Shown here in pieces: positions 42,743 to 52,412 of a stretch of DNA of 57,472 bases (the first letter of the stretch is position 1; each line of letters starts with the position of its first letter). The DNA is from a virus. Its lineage: Duplodnaviria; Caudoviricetes. The stretch is from positions 1 through 57,472 of the IMG/VR virus record IMGVR_UViG_3300044648_000205, one strand, 5' to 3'. The position numbers and the translations under genes are program-made. The notes under the pieces were generated by a model. It had not been told where the DNA came from. It did not search any database and saw only the letters and a program-made list of their open reading frames with translations.

Positions 42743-43492
42743 TCAGAACGGCATCGGGCGGAGCGAGCCGCCAGACAGGGTGATGAGCGTCGAGCCGGCG
42801 AACAGTCGTTCCACGATCCGGTCGTTGTAGCGCTCGCGGATCTCGGGGCCGGTCATGTTGCTGGTGACGATCGTGGGGCGGTTGTTGTGGTTGCGCTCGT
42901 TCGCGAGGCGCCACAACTGCTCTTCGCCCCAAGCAGACAGCGGGCCTTCGGCGCCCAGGTCGTCCAGCACGAGCAGCGGCGCGAGGGCATACTGCATCAT
43001 GTCCGGGTCGACGCCGGGCGTACGGCTGGACGGCCGTAGGGCCTCCAGGAAGTCCGGCACGGCGATGAACGTCACGGGCACCGTGTCTTCGGTGAGCAGC
43101 AGCCGCGCCAGTGCGGCGGCCACCCAGGTCTTTCCGGTGCCGGTGGGGCCGAGGAGAACGAGCCCACCACGCTGGCCGCTGCGGTAGCCCTTCAGCCACT
43201 CCATGGCCTCGAGGCCGAAGGCAGTGCGCGGCATCACGGCGCGCTGGTACTGGATGGGCAGGCGACTGACCAGGATCTCGGCCTGGCGCTCGATGCGCTC
43301 CCGGTGGATCTCCTGCTCCTTCGCGGCCATCTCGGCGTCCGTGGCCGGACGAAGGTTGGTCGGGTCGACACCGTGCTTGGCGGCGATGCGCAGCACGAGG
43401 TCAGTCACGTTGTCGGCCTGGGGCTGGGGGCGCGCGGCGTCCCTCTCGGCACGGCGCGCAACCTCGGCACGGAGGCGCTCGCTGTTGTCCAT
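42743..43492 (-). CDS. DnaC/IstB-like AAA+ helicase loader
   Basis: GPTGTGKT, LLVLDDLGAE, PTIVTSN, DRIVERL. Confidence 0.9.
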   Translation of the reverse strand: MDNSERLRAEVARRAERDAARPQPQADNVTDLVLRIAAKHGVDPTNLRPATDAEMAAKEQEIHRERIERQAEILVSRLPIQYQRAVMPRTAFGLEAMEWLKGYRSGQRGGLVLLGPTGTGKTWVAAALARLLLTEDTVPVTFIAVPDFLEALRPSSRTPGVDPDMMQYALAPLLVLDDLGAEGPLSAWGEEQLWRLANERNHNNRPTIVTSNMTGPEIRERYNDRIVERLFAGSTLITLSGGSLRPMPF

Positions 43493-43536
43493 GGTCCAAT
43501 CCTCCCCCTTGCTGTCGGGGGTGTCAACCGTGACGG

Positions 43537-44487
43537 TCATGCGGAGACCGCCTCACCGGCGAGCCAGGCGGCGACGGCCGGGTCTTGGGCAGCCCGAAGA
43601 GCGGCCCGACGCTCGATCTCGGCGGCCCCCTCCTCCCACACATCGGCGCCGTGTCGCTGCTGCTTGTGCATCTGGGCCACCGGGTGGCGGGTCTTCTTCA
43701 ACTGGACAGCGATGTTCGCGAACGGCGTCTTGCCCATGGCGGTGGCCGCCTGCAGCAACTGCTCCTCGGTGCTCGGGTTGCCGATGAGGCGCTTCACGTC
43801 GCGGGCAACGCGGCCGATCTCCGAGCGGGTCGGGTCGACGCCGTGCTGCTGACGGTGGCTGTCGACGAACGCGGCGACGACGCGCTGCGTGGCGCTCTTC
43901 CCTCCCTGCCGCCCGTGACTATCGAGCACCTCACTGTCGGCCGGCAGATCGAACAGGGCTGGCTCGGAGTCCGCCGTGGTCCTGGGCATGGGTTCCTCCT
44001 GGGCTTCGGGCGAACCGGGCGGAGCCTGGTCCCCCGGAGGGTTGGTCTTCTTGTCCTTCATGGTCTCCCTTACGGGAGTGGTCTTCTTAGGTGGCACAGA
44101 TCCTGTGTGCGCAGATTCCGAACACTCGGATTCTGCGCCTGGTGGACAGAGCAGCGCCAGCTCCTCATCGGTGAACGGGACATCACTCACCGCGTAGGCG
44201 GTGCCGACCCACTGGCCGCGCTCGCGGATGCGGCGGCTGACCAGGTGCCGGTCGCGGCGGAGATCCTCGAGGGCGGCCCGCACGGTGGTGACGGAGAGGC
44301 CGACCGCGCGGGCGATCTGGGCCTGAGTCTGGATGAAGCCATCGGCGTGCGAGAGGACGTAGGCCCCGACGCGGAAGGCCCGCAGGCTGACACGGGCGTC
44401 GCGAACGAAGTCGTTCCGCAGGGCGGTGAATGCCTCGGCGGGTCGGTGATACCGGGCGATGCCGACGACCGACAGGGGTGTTATCAT
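43537..44487 (-). CDS. Replication initiator (wHTH) protein
   Basis: FTALRNDFVRD..VS, HTH QAQIARAVGLSVTTVRAALEDL; upstream of DnaC-like gene. Confidence 0.8.
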   Translation of the reverse strand: MITPLSVVGIARYHRPAEAFTALRNDFVRDARVSLRAFRVGAYVLSHADGFIQTQAQIARAVGLSVTTVRAALEDLRRDRHLVSRRIRERGQWVGTAYAVSDVPFTDEELALLCPPGAESECSESAHTGSVPPKKTTPVRETMKDKKTNPPGDQAPPGSPEAQEEPMPRTTADSEPALFDLPADSEVLDSHGRQGGKSATQRVVAAFVDSHRQQHGVDPTRSEIGRVARDVKRLIGNPSTEEQLLQAATAMGKTPFANIAVQLKKTRHPVAQMHKQQRHGADVWEEGAAEIERRAALRAAQDPAVAAWLAGEAVSA

Positions 44488-44568
44488 GTTGCCACCTTGT
44501 CGTTGACACCCTCCGGGATATGGGCCTGCCAGCCCCCCGGGGGGTGTTTTCGTTTGTTGATCAGGATG

Positions 44569-44934
44569 CTAGCACCTTGCAGGCACGTGCCCGCCGGGCA
44601 ACGGATGGTACTGGCCGTCTGCGCCGAGCAGTACCCAGTAGCGCTCCCGCAGGAACACCGGGTGCATGCCCGGATGGGTCACGCTGGTGGACAGCAGGTA
44701 GCCGCGCGGGCGTGACCACGGCGAGTCCTGGTGGACGGAGTGCGCCGCGCCGTTGTGGATGATCGGGTCCAGCGCCAGCAGGTTCTCCACCGAGTCCCGG
44801 TCGAGACGGCTCGTGCCGCCCATGCCCTTGTTCCTGCGGTGATGGGCATCGAACGTCTCGTAGTCGAGCGCCACGCCGGTGATCTCGCACAGTCCGCCGC
44901 AGCGTTCCCAGATGACAGCACGGGCCTTGCTCAT
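44569..44934 (-). CDS. HNH endonuclease-like protein
   Basis: RCGGLCE...HHRRNKGMGG...NLLAL...H. Confidence 0.75.
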   Translation of the reverse strand: MSKARAVIWERCGGLCEITGVALDYETFDAHHRRNKGMGGTSRLDRDSVENLLALDPIIHNGAAHSVHQDSPWSRPRGYLLSTSVTHPGMHPVFLRERYWVLLGADGQYHPLPGGHVPARC

Positions 44935-44958
44935 GGTCGACATCACTACCCCCTACGC

Positions 44959-44988
44959 TTGCGGACCCCTGACGGACATGGGTAGAGT
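44959..44988 (+). promoter_or_regulatory. Promoter of the rightward arm
   Basis: TTGCGG-N18-TAGAGT then AAAGGAGGT RBS. Confidence 0.55.
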
Positions 44989-45010
44989 GTAGACCAAAGG
45001 AGGTGAACCC

Positions 45011-45472
45011 GTGACCACCCAGACCAAAATCAAGACCGTGGACATGGAAGTGTTGGCGGCCGTCTACAACGCGGCACACCAGCGGCTCAAGCACGTCCGC
45101 AAGGCCGAAGCTCGCGAGTGGGGTGTGGCCCGCACCAACATGACCGACATCGGCCGGGCCGCGCTCATCGAATGGCAGCCCACACCGGCGGCCATCAAGG
45201 GCGCCGCACCGCGACGGCCCGACACCATCACCATGATCCGCAGGGAGGACGGCAGCACGCTCGCCCGGTGCGAGCTGTGCCCCGAGACGTTCGAGAACCC
45301 GGACCGTCCCACGCTGCGCAAGCACGCGGCCGAACACATGAAGACGTTCCGCTTCAGCATGTCCCGCACGCACTACGACAAGATCCGCGACGCCATCCAC
45401 TCGGCCGGCGGTTCTGTCAGTGCCGTGGTCCAGGATGGCCTGGAGAAGTTCGCCCGAACCGGCAAGTTCTGA
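45011..45472 (+). CDS. Putative DNA-binding regulator (C2H2 finger plus ribbon-helix-helix-like C-terminus)
   Basis: CELCPETF...HAAEH; FRFSMSRTHYDKI...SVSAVVQDGLEKF. Confidence 0.65.
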   Translation: MTTQTKIKTVDMEVLAAVYNAAHQRLKHVRKAEAREWGVARTNMTDIGRAALIEWQPTPAAIKGAAPRRPDTITMIRREDGSTLARCELCPETFENPDRPTLRKHAAEHMKTFRFSMSRTHYDKIRDAIHSAGGSVSAVVQDGLEKFARTGKF

Positions 45473-45486
45473 GAGAGGAACACCCG

Positions 45487-47007
45487 ATGCCCGCCACCCC
45501 CGACGAGGCCCAGCAGGCCGACCAGCCCTCGGCCACCCAGCCGCGCCGCACCGCCATGCAGGTTGCCGAAGGCGCCGTAGTGACGGCGACCGATGCGATG
45601 GCACTCGCTGTCGCCGTCGACCAAGAGCAGCAGCGACAGGCAGAGGTGCTTACCGAGCTGGACCAGCGGACGCGCGGTGGCGATGTCGCCGAGGACGAGA
45701 TCGCCGAGATTCGCCGCACGCACCCCGACCGCGACCAGGTGGATGCCCGGATCGCTGAGGCGCTCGAGGACGTGCACCACAACCACCAGGCGTTCCGCGA
45801 GGAGATGGGCGGCTACCAGGGCGCCGTCAACCGACGCCTCGACGAGCACCGCACGCGCATCACGGAGCTGGAGAAGCGCTACGAGGGCGACCCGGCCGGC
45901 GAGACCATGGCCGAGGACGCCCAGCACGACCTGGTGGCCGACATGGTGAAGGGCCAGCTGTCGCAGCTGATGGCCCGCCTGGAGGCCGCCGAGCAGAAGG
46001 CGGCGAAGGCCGAGGCTGCCTTGGCGCAGGGGATGAAGCTCGCCAACCCGGTGGCCGGTGTCGACCCGCAGGTCGTGGTGGACCTGGGCGACCGAGTCAC
46101 CGAGCTGGAGGCGCACAAGGAGAAGGAGACCTCGTTCACGGCACAGCTCCAGGAGCGCGTCGAGGAGCTGGAAGCGGTTTGGGAGCGGGCATCTCTGCCC
46201 GGCCCGCGCCCGGTGCTCGAGCACACCTTGGTCGCCAACGTGGGTGGCGTCCACCAGAAGGTGCTCGACCTGATGCGCCTGGTCGACTCGATCGGTAAGG
46301 ATCGCAAGACCGACAGTGGTCCGCGCTACTCCTACCGCAGCATCGATGACGCCATGGACGCTATCGGCCACGCCATGCGCGAGGTCGGCCTGGTCTACAC
46401 CACCGAGATCACTGCCCGCGAGGTGCACCGCGACGAGGCCCGGAACAAGGAGGGGAACACGCTCCTGTGGACCACGGTCCTGCTGACGGTGCGCTACACG
46501 TTCATCGACCCAGCGGATGGCTCGAAGCAGCACTTCGAGATGGCGGGCGAGGGGCGCGCGTCCGACGACAAGGCCACGAGCAAGGCGGCGGCCATGGCAT
46601 TGAAGTACGGCCTGTTGCACGCCCTCCTGATCCCGGTGTCCGGTGCCGTGCCGGATGCCGACGCCGAGCAGCCGCAGGTCACTCGAGCGCCTGCGCAGGC
46701 GACTAACGCTCGTCGCCCGGCAGCACCGGAGCGTGACGCCGAGATCCCGTCCGAGGAACGGCAGACCGCCCCCGCGCAGGCGCCGCGCAAGCCGATGACG
46801 GAGCGCGCCAGGGACGCGGTCACCGCGCTGCAGAACCTGCACCGGCATCCCGTCGAGCGGCGCTCCGAGGTGCTGGCTGCGATCGTGGCGCAGGCCCAGC
46901 AGGAGGGCCTCCTGGACATTCCGGTGGACACCGGCGACGGACCGGCCCCGGTGAAGGCGTACGCCGAGTCGGCTCGCGCCACCCTGGCCGCCGGGTCGAG
47001 CTTCTAA
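45487..47007 (+). CDS. ERF-family ssDNA annealing protein with long N-terminal coiled coil
   Basis: IGKD...YSYRSIDD...YTFIDPADGS...GEG..SDDKATSKA..ALKY.L...DAD. Confidence 0.85.
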   Translation: MPATPDEAQQADQPSATQPRRTAMQVAEGAVVTATDAMALAVAVDQEQQRQAEVLTELDQRTRGGDVAEDEIAEIRRTHPDRDQVDARIAEALEDVHHNHQAFREEMGGYQGAVNRRLDEHRTRITELEKRYEGDPAGETMAEDAQHDLVADMVKGQLSQLMARLEAAEQKAAKAEAALAQGMKLANPVAGVDPQVVVDLGDRVTELEAHKEKETSFTAQLQERVEELEAVWERASLPGPRPVLEHTLVANVGGVHQKVLDLMRLVDSIGKDRKTDSGPRYSYRSIDDAMDAIGHAMREVGLVYTTEITAREVHRDEARNKEGNTLLWTTVLLTVRYTFIDPADGSKQHFEMAGEGRASDDKATSKAAAMALKYGLLHALLIPVSGAVPDADAEQPQVTRAPAQATNARRPAAPERDAEIPSEERQTAPAQAPRKPMTERARDAVTALQNLHRHPVERRSEVLAAIVAQAQQEGLLDIPVDTGDGPAPVKAYAESARATLAAGSSF

Positions 47008-47648
47008 TGGACGCCGAGAGCTACGCCGAGCAGCTCAAGGCCCGATGCTTCCTGGTGCTGCAGGAGATCGGCCACCTTCCGTGCCAGTGGTCCGACCGCG
47101 CCCGGTACGAGCCGGACTCGGGTGCGGTGGTGTGCGGCTGCGGCGAGTTCGCCGAGATGCCGGACGGCCTGCAGGAGGCGGTCCACGGCCAGGCGGTCGG
47201 TACGCCGATCACGTCGAAGGGCGGCACGCTCACCTACGAGGCGCGCGACCCGATCGATTCGACCCTGGCCCTGATCGATCCGAGCGAGGTGTACTCGCCG
47301 GTGGATGTGGAGCGGCACATCCTCGACGTGCTGGCCCGGCTGGAGACCGGAGCCCTGTTCGAGCGCGAGACGGTGCGCGGCGAGTACGACGCGAAGACCG
47401 CGTTCGAGCGGGCCTACTGGCGGGCGCTGAACGCGAGCACCGAGGGGTCAGCCGACCGCCGGAAGGCCGACGCCATGGTGCAGTGCGAGCAGCTGCACGA
47501 GGCGCTCATCCAGGCCGAGTTCCTGGCGAAGGCGGCGAAGGCCACCATGCACAACCTCCGTGCCGTGTTGAGCGGTTACCAGTCCACCGCGCGCTCGGTG
47601 GGCGCCGCCTACCAGGCGGGCGGCTCACAGGGCGGCGTGCCCCGATAG
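47007..47648 (+). CDS. Hypothetical coiled-coil protein
   Basis: TAATG-coupled, 213 aa. Confidence 0.8.
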   Translation: MDAESYAEQLKARCFLVLQEIGHLPCQWSDRARYEPDSGAVVCGCGEFAEMPDGLQEAVHGQAVGTPITSKGGTLTYEARDPIDSTLALIDPSEVYSPVDVERHILDVLARLETGALFERETVRGEYDAKTAFERAYWRALNASTEGSADRRKADAMVQCEQLHEALIQAEFLAKAAKATMHNLRAVLSGYQSTARSVGAAYQAGGSQGGVPR

Positions 47649-47683
47649 ATCATCATCTACACCCGATATCCGAGAGGAACACC

Positions 47684-47938
47684 ATGCAGGAGATCACCAA
47701 GGTTCAGCGGTTCACCCAGGGCGTCCAGTTGACGGCGGCGCTGATGATCGCCATGCGCGCCGGCCTGCGCCTGCGGGCCGAGATCGAGCGCACCGTGCGC
47801 GCGGTGGCCGAGGATCACGAGACGGCCGAGGGCGTGCCGTTCGGCATGGACAACCTGGCCGCCGTCGTCAAGCGCATGCAGGACAGCCTCTCCGAGAACC
47901 TGCGGAAGGCGACCCGCGAGGCTGAGGGGCGCGACTGA
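47684..47938 (+). CDS. Hypothetical protein
   Basis: ATG after GAGGA. Confidence 0.7.
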   Translation: MQEITKVQRFTQGVQLTAALMIAMRAGLRLRAEIERTVRAVAEDHETAEGVPFGMDNLAAVVKRMQDSLSENLRKATREAEGRD

Positions 47939-48297
47939 TGGGCTGGTGCAGCGCTACCGAGATCATGGACGCCGCGACCGGGGCGGCCGACAAGCTGATG
48001 CACGAGATGCACGAGCACTGGGGAATGGACCCCGACCGCATCCCCGTTGAGGAGGCTCGCGCCGAGGCGGACGAGTTCATGCGCCCCTTCGTCCGAGTCA
48101 TCGCCGACAAGCTGCGGGCCGAGGACTGGGATTGCGTCGAGGAGGCGGACGCTTTCGACCGGTTCCGCCAGGAGATGCTCGGCTACGACGACCAGCGGAT
48201 GATCGACTGGTACCGCACGCAGCTCGAGGAGCAGGACGACCCCGCCAGGCTGCGCGAGTACGCGGAGGCCCTGGCCAAGCTGATGGAGGCGAACTGA
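47938..48297 (+). CDS. Hypothetical protein
   Basis: MGWCSA...EDWD; TGATG-coupled. Confidence 0.8.
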   Translation: MGWCSATEIMDAATGAADKLMHEMHEHWGMDPDRIPVEEARAEADEFMRPFVRVIADKLRAEDWDCVEEADAFDRFRQEMLGYDDQRMIDWYRTQLEEQDDPARLREYAEALAKLMEAN

Positions 48298-48797
48298 TGG
48301 CCGGCGAGACCATGCTGACCGTGGTCGGCAACCTGACCGGCGACCCGGAGCTGCGGTTCACCCAGTCCGGCGCGGCTGTCGTCAACTTCACCGTGGCCTC
48401 CACGCCCCGCGTGTTCGACAAGCACAGCGGGGAGTGGAAGGACGGAGACGCGTTGTTCCTGCGCTGCAATCAGTGGCGCCAGCCGGCCGAGAACGTCGCC
48501 GAGTCGCTCACCAAGGGCGCCCGGGTGATCGTGACCGGTCGACTGAAGCAGCGCAGCTTCGAGACCCGGGAGGGCGAGAAGCGCACGGTCATGGAGCTGG
48601 AGGTGGACGAGGTCGGTCCGTCCCTGCGGTACGCCACGGCCAAGGTCAACAAGGTGTCGCGCTCCGGCGGCGCCCAGGCGTCCGGTACCGGCTGGACCGA
48701 CGGTCAGGGCGCACCGGCGAACGACCCGTGGGGCTCGGCGCCCCCTCCCTACTCCGGTGGCGGCTCCGGCGGGTTCTCCGATGAGCCGCCGTTCTAG
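48297..48797 (+). CDS. ssb: Single-stranded DNA-binding protein
   Basis: [17 protein letters not shown]...DEPPF, actinobacterial SSB. Confidence 0.95.
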   Translation: MAGETMLTVVGNLTGDPELRFTQSGAAVVNFTVASTPRVFDKHSGEWKDGDALFLRCNQWRQPAENVAESLTKGARVIVTGRLKQRSFETREGEKRTVMELEVDEVGPSLRYATAKVNKVSRSGGAQASGTGWTDGQGAPANDPWGSAPPPYSGGGSGGFSDEPPF

Positions 48798-48816
48798 GCC
48801 CGGCACGGTGACGATG

Positions 48817-48851
48817 GACGGTGGCCACCCGATCAAGGTGGCCACCGTCCC
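48817..48851 (+). terminator. Hairpin after ssb
   Basis: GGACGGTGGCCACC-N7-GGTGGCCACCGTCC. Confidence 0.6.
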
Positions 48852-49026
48852 GCCCACCGAGCCGGCCGGACAACCGAGCGCGCCGACGACGATGACCTTC
48901 ATGCCCCACGTAGAGGTCACCCGGTGGAGCGTTGGATGGAACAACGCAGGCGAACGCTGGACTGCGCCGGTGCGCGGCGTCTACGACGTGTCCACCTGGC
49001 CGCCCCGACTGATCAAGGAGATTCCC

Positions 49027-49380
49027 ATGGCAGACCCGATCGAGGCCGCCGAGCACTTCACGCAGGAGGCGGTGGACCGGGCGGTGCGGATCGCCACCGA
49101 GGCGAAGAAGCGCATGCGCGCCGAGCAGCTGGAGCGCGTGCGCCAGCGCTTCAGCCATCACCCGCCCACACACCCTGTGGTGGTCGAGGCGCACGAGCGT
49201 GCACGAGCCCTGGGCGAGATGTTCTCCATCTGGCTGTTGGACCTGCCGGAGTGCCCGGAGAAGGACCAGGCGCTGTTTTCGGTCGACAGCGCCACGATGT
49301 GGGCCAACGCGGCGATCGCCCGGACGCAGTTGGGGATCACGCCGGAGAACGCCCCCGACGTTGACACCCCCGAGAAGTAG
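49027..49380 (+). CDS. Acb2/Tad1-like nucleotide-signal sponge protein
   Basis: RFSHHPP...PECPEKDQALFSVDSATMWANAAIAR; AAGGAG RBS. Confidence 0.7.
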   Translation: MADPIEAAEHFTQEAVDRAVRIATEAKKRMRAEQLERVRQRFSHHPPTHPVVVEAHERARALGEMFSIWLLDLPECPEKDQALFSVDSATMWANAAIARTQLGITPENAPDVDTPEK

Positions 49381-49390
49381 GGGGTAAGGT
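49361..49390 (+). promoter_or_regulatory. Cassette promoter
   Basis: TTGACA-N18-TAAGGT, GGGAACGAC leader. Confidence 0.8.
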
Positions 49391-49426
49391 GGTGGGCACA
49401 ACGGGAACGACACCAAGGAGGACCCA

Positions 49427-49738
49427 GTGCCTGCCACGATCAAGGTCGACGCAAGTAACGCGGTTGAACAGCTGCTCATGGCAGCCGCTATGGCCGCCGG
49501 AGCGTCCAGCGTCCTCGCGCGCCAGATCCGCCACACGTGGGTGACGATGCTGGACAACGACGGCCTACCCTGCCTGCACTGCTCCGGCTCGGAGAAGGTG
49601 ACCAATGCGCAGGCGTACTACCGGACCCACGACGGCGAAGACGTGCTGATCGATGGTGACGTGTCGTGCCTGCTGCGCCTGGTCGCGCGAGACGCCGACT
49701 CCGACTACCGAGTCATGATCGAGACGGTTGCGCCATGA
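49427..49738 (+). CDS. Hypothetical protein
   Basis: AGGAGG RBS; CLHC. Confidence 0.75.
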   Translation: MPATIKVDASNAVEQLLMAAAMAAGASSVLARQIRHTWVTMLDNDGLPCLHCSGSEKVTNAQAYYRTHDGEDVLIDGDVSCLLRLVARDADSDYRVMIETVAP

Positions 49739-49959
49739 GCACCATCGACCACGATCACCCCCGGTGCCGCGACGGCGAGCGCGCGGCGCACGTCCTGCTC
49801 GACCTCGGCGTGCTGGACGCCGGCCAGGTGCGTCAGCTCCTGGCGAACCTGGAGCTGACGACGGCACTCGCGTTCCACTCAGGCGCCGAGGATCGGTTCC
49901 TGAAGGCGACCGGCATGCGCGTCACCCTGGATGAGTACCTGCAAGAGCTGGGGTGCTGA
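49735..49959 (+). CDS. Hypothetical protein
   Basis: ATGA-coupled. Confidence 0.7.
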   Translation: MSTIDHDHPRCRDGERAAHVLLDLGVLDAGQVRQLLANLELTTALAFHSGAEDRFLKATGMRVTLDEYLQELGC

Positions 49960-49961
49960 CC

Positions 49962-50063
49962 ATGTTCCTCGTGAACCTGCACCTTGACCTACTGCTGTGG
50001 GGACTCGCCGGCCTGGCCATCGGGCTGCCGATCGGCTACCTGAAGGGACGGTTCCGTCAATGA
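49962..50063 (+). CDS. 33-aa membrane peptide
   Basis: MFLVNLHLDLLLWGLAGLAIGLPIGYLKGRFRQ; fills the gap, ATGA-coupled downstream. Confidence 0.5.
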   Translation: MFLVNLHLDLLLWGLAGLAIGLPIGYLKGRFRQ

Positions 50064-50269
50064 CCATCCGGGTGGCGCTGCACGTCACCGAGTCGCGGAA
50101 GCGCGGCGTCCGGTGGACGTGCAGCGACCACCCCGCAGCCCGAGGCTTCCACCCGTTCACCTGCTGGACTGATCACATTCGACCTGGCCGGCGGCCCAGC
50201 GCATGGATGCGCGCCCATAACAGCGCACGTCTGCATCACCACGTCTACCACCAGGAGCGCAGCCCGTGA
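50060..50269 (+). CDS. His-rich hypothetical protein
   Basis: WTCSDH...HNSARLHHHVYH. Confidence 0.6.
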   Translation: MTIRVALHVTESRKRGVRWTCSDHPAARGFHPFTCWTDHIRPGRRPSAWMRAHNSARLHHHVYHQERSP

Positions 50270-50520
50270 CCGAGTACATCGTGGCACCCGCCCTGGTGCC
50301 TGGCTGGACGGCGGCCTTGGTGGCGATCGACGCCGAGAGCGACCCGGGCGAGTGGCAGAACTACATCCGCATCGTCACGGTCGCACTGGCGGCGGCCACC
50401 CCGCACATCAAAGCCGAGGTCATGGCCGACCTGGCGGACGAGTTCGCCGATGACTTCCCCGAGTTCGCGGCCGTGCTGGACATGGCTAGCCATGGAATAC
50501 GAGAGGCGCTCACCCGATGA
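50266..50520 (+). CDS. Hypothetical protein
   Basis: GTGA-coupled. Confidence 0.7.
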   Translation: MTEYIVAPALVPGWTAALVAIDAESDPGEWQNYIRIVTVALAAATPHIKAEVMADLADEFADDFPEFAAVLDMASHGIREALTR

Positions 50521-51257
50521 CCGAGAACGTTCCCGTCAAGATCGAAGAAGCCGGATTCCGCATCATCGATAAGGACGCCCAGGAGGTGCTCTCGGCGGCC
50601 GACCCGGTCCGGGTGGCTGCTGCGGTGCGCGCCGAGGTGGAGCGCACCGTGGCCGAGATGCGCGCCGCCCTCGAAGCGGCCGGCGGGGTGCTCTCGCCGG
50701 CGGACACGTTCCGCGTGCAGCGCTACCTCCAGGAGGTCTCGGAGAAGCTGGCCGAATATGAGCGCGTGTTCAAGGGCGTGCGCGGCCACATCAAGCTGCT
50801 GGTGGCCGAGGTGCTCGCGGACGCGGTGGGCGAGCAGGACGGCATCCCGGCCGAGGGTCTGACGGTGCCGGACCGGGACGGCGACATCCGCATCTCCCTG
50901 GACACCACGCGGGAGCACACGATCAGCGAGGAGATGCTGCTGCCCGCGTTCGCCTCCATGTTCGCCGAGCAGCACGCGGAGGCCATCATGCGCGCGTATG
51001 ACCAGGTGGCCACCAGGACCACCAACGGACCGGAGGACGAGCGCGCCCGCGTGGGGGTCGCAGTGGCCGAGGCGATCGTGGACGCCCTGAGCAACGTGGG
51101 ACAGCTGGGCAAGTTCGAGCCCCAGGTAACCAAGGTCCGCGCCTACGCTAAGGATCTCGCGCGCAACGGCGAGGACCGCGCCGCGTCGATCGTCGCGGCG
51201 GCCATCACCACGAAGACCACCTACAACGGTGTGAAGGTCGAGAGGAAGGCCAATTGA
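50517..51257 (+). CDS. Hypothetical protein (246 aa)
   Basis: Coupled ORF with typical GC3 bias. Confidence 0.8.
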   Translation: MTENVPVKIEEAGFRIIDKDAQEVLSAADPVRVAAAVRAEVERTVAEMRAALEAAGGVLSPADTFRVQRYLQEVSEKLAEYERVFKGVRGHIKLLVAEVLADAVGEQDGIPAEGLTVPDRDGDIRISLDTTREHTISEEMLLPAFASMFAEQHAEAIMRAYDQVATRTTNGPEDERARVGVAVAEAIVDALSNVGQLGKFEPQVTKVRAYAKDLARNGEDRAASIVAAAITTKTTYNGVKVERKAN

Positions 51258-51787
51258 TGACCACCGCCACCCCGGAGGAGCACTCCGGGCTGCCCGAGAA
51301 CTACGACCCGGACGCGCCGGTGTTCACGCCGCACGCGGACCCGGCGACGGAAAACAAGGCCGACATGGCACGGTTCACCGAGGGCGGCACCACCGACCCG
51401 GCCCAGCTGCCCCTCGAGGGCGAGGCCCGCGAGAAGCTCCTGGCGCTGACGCCCGACAACCTGGACGCTGACGGGAACGCGCACTTCCTGCTCGTGTCCG
51501 AGCGGCACGCCGGCCGGTGCGGGCACGACGGTGAGGTGTGGCCCTGCCGCACCTTCCAGAGCCTGGAGGCCGAGCAGCGCAAGCTCACCGGCCAGGCCCC
51601 CGACGCGGCCACGCCCGAGCTGGTCAACCTGGACGACGTGGCGGCAGCGCTCGGCATGAACCGCGAGCAGCTGGAGGCCAGCATGCGCAGCCAGGAGAAG
51701 ACCATGGCCGGCGAGCTGGACGGGCCTCCTGCTGGCATGTCCAACGACGAGTGGGCGCTGAATGGCTTCCCGGACACGGGGCGGTGA
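51257..51787 (+). CDS. Hypothetical protein, possible C-terminal HTH
   Basis: CGHDGEVWPC; LDDVAAALGMNREQL. Confidence 0.75.
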   Translation: MTTATPEEHSGLPENYDPDAPVFTPHADPATENKADMARFTEGGTTDPAQLPLEGEAREKLLALTPDNLDADGNAHFLLVSERHAGRCGHDGEVWPCRTFQSLEAEQRKLTGQAPDAATPELVNLDDVAAALGMNREQLEASMRSQEKTMAGELDGPPAGMSNDEWALNGFPDTGR

Positions 51788-51792
51788 TCGGT

Positions 51793-52338
51793 ATGCCCGA
51801 TACCATCACCCTCGCGCAGAAGGCCGCCGAACGGGCTACGGAGCTTCTCGGCGTGCTCAACCGTGAGCACAGCACCGACGACCTGTACCGGGCCGTCCGG
51901 GCAGTGCGCCACGAGGTCGAGACCGTCCAGGATCTCCTCTCCGCCTTTGGGCAGGACATCACCAACCCGAGGGAGGGTCTGACCCGGAAGGGGGCGCCTG
52001 AGACCAGCCAGGCGGCGGCACGGGCCATCAAGACCCGCTCAGGCTCCCAGCGCCACGAGCTTCTCCGCTACCTGCACCGTGTGCCCGAGCTGGCCGACTT
52101 CGAGCTTCAGCGTGACCTGTGGATCGGGGCAAACTCCCAGCGCCCCCGCCGGGTGGAGTTGCTGCGGGCCGGCTACATCGAGCCTGCCCGCGACGGCGAG
52201 GGCAAGCCGCTGACCACGAAGCACCCGACCTCCGGTCTCCAGTGTCAGCGCTGGCGGGTGACGGAGCGCGGGCGGGTGGCCCTAGGTGTACTGGAGGCTG
52301 GCCAGATGGTGATCGGATTCCCCGGCGACGGCGAATGA
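51793..52338 (+). CDS. Winged-helix DNA-binding protein
   Basis: PETSQAAA...LADFEL...ANSQRPRRVELLRAGYI...WRVTERG. Confidence 0.7.
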   Translation: MPDTITLAQKAAERATELLGVLNREHSTDDLYRAVRAVRHEVETVQDLLSAFGQDITNPREGLTRKGAPETSQAAARAIKTRSGSQRHELLRYLHRVPELADFELQRDLWIGANSQRPRRVELLRAGYIEPARDGEGKPLTTKHPTSGLQCQRWRVTERGRVALGVLEAGQMVIGFPGDGE

Positions 52339-52341
52339 GAG

Positions 52342-52371
52342 TTGACGAGCGGCAGCCGTAGGGGGTACAGT
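52342..52371 (+). promoter_or_regulatory. Cassette promoter
   Basis: TTGACG-N18-TACAGT. Confidence 0.85.
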
Positions 52372-52408
52372 AGTTCTCACAGCAGGAACAACTCAACAGA
52401 GGAGAACC
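52360..52408 (+). repeat. 49-bp promoter/leader repeat, identical (inverted) to 27355-27403
   Basis: Direct base comparison. Confidence 0.95.
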
Positions 52409-52412
52409 CCCG

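Noticed and set aside
43499..43527. Cassette-like promoter upstream of the DnaC-like gene
   Set aside because: TTGACA and the GGGGG run are present but the -10 reads GAGGAT, so it was not listed as a supported promoter
44030..44140. Replication origin iterons inside the Rep gene
   Set aside because: Only an imperfect palindrome and a short TGGTCTTCTT repeat; insufficient evidence
48757..49026. N-terminal extension of the Acb2-like ORF (207-aa call)
   Set aside because: Overlaps ssb and a terminator hairpin; a strong RBS supports the start at 49027
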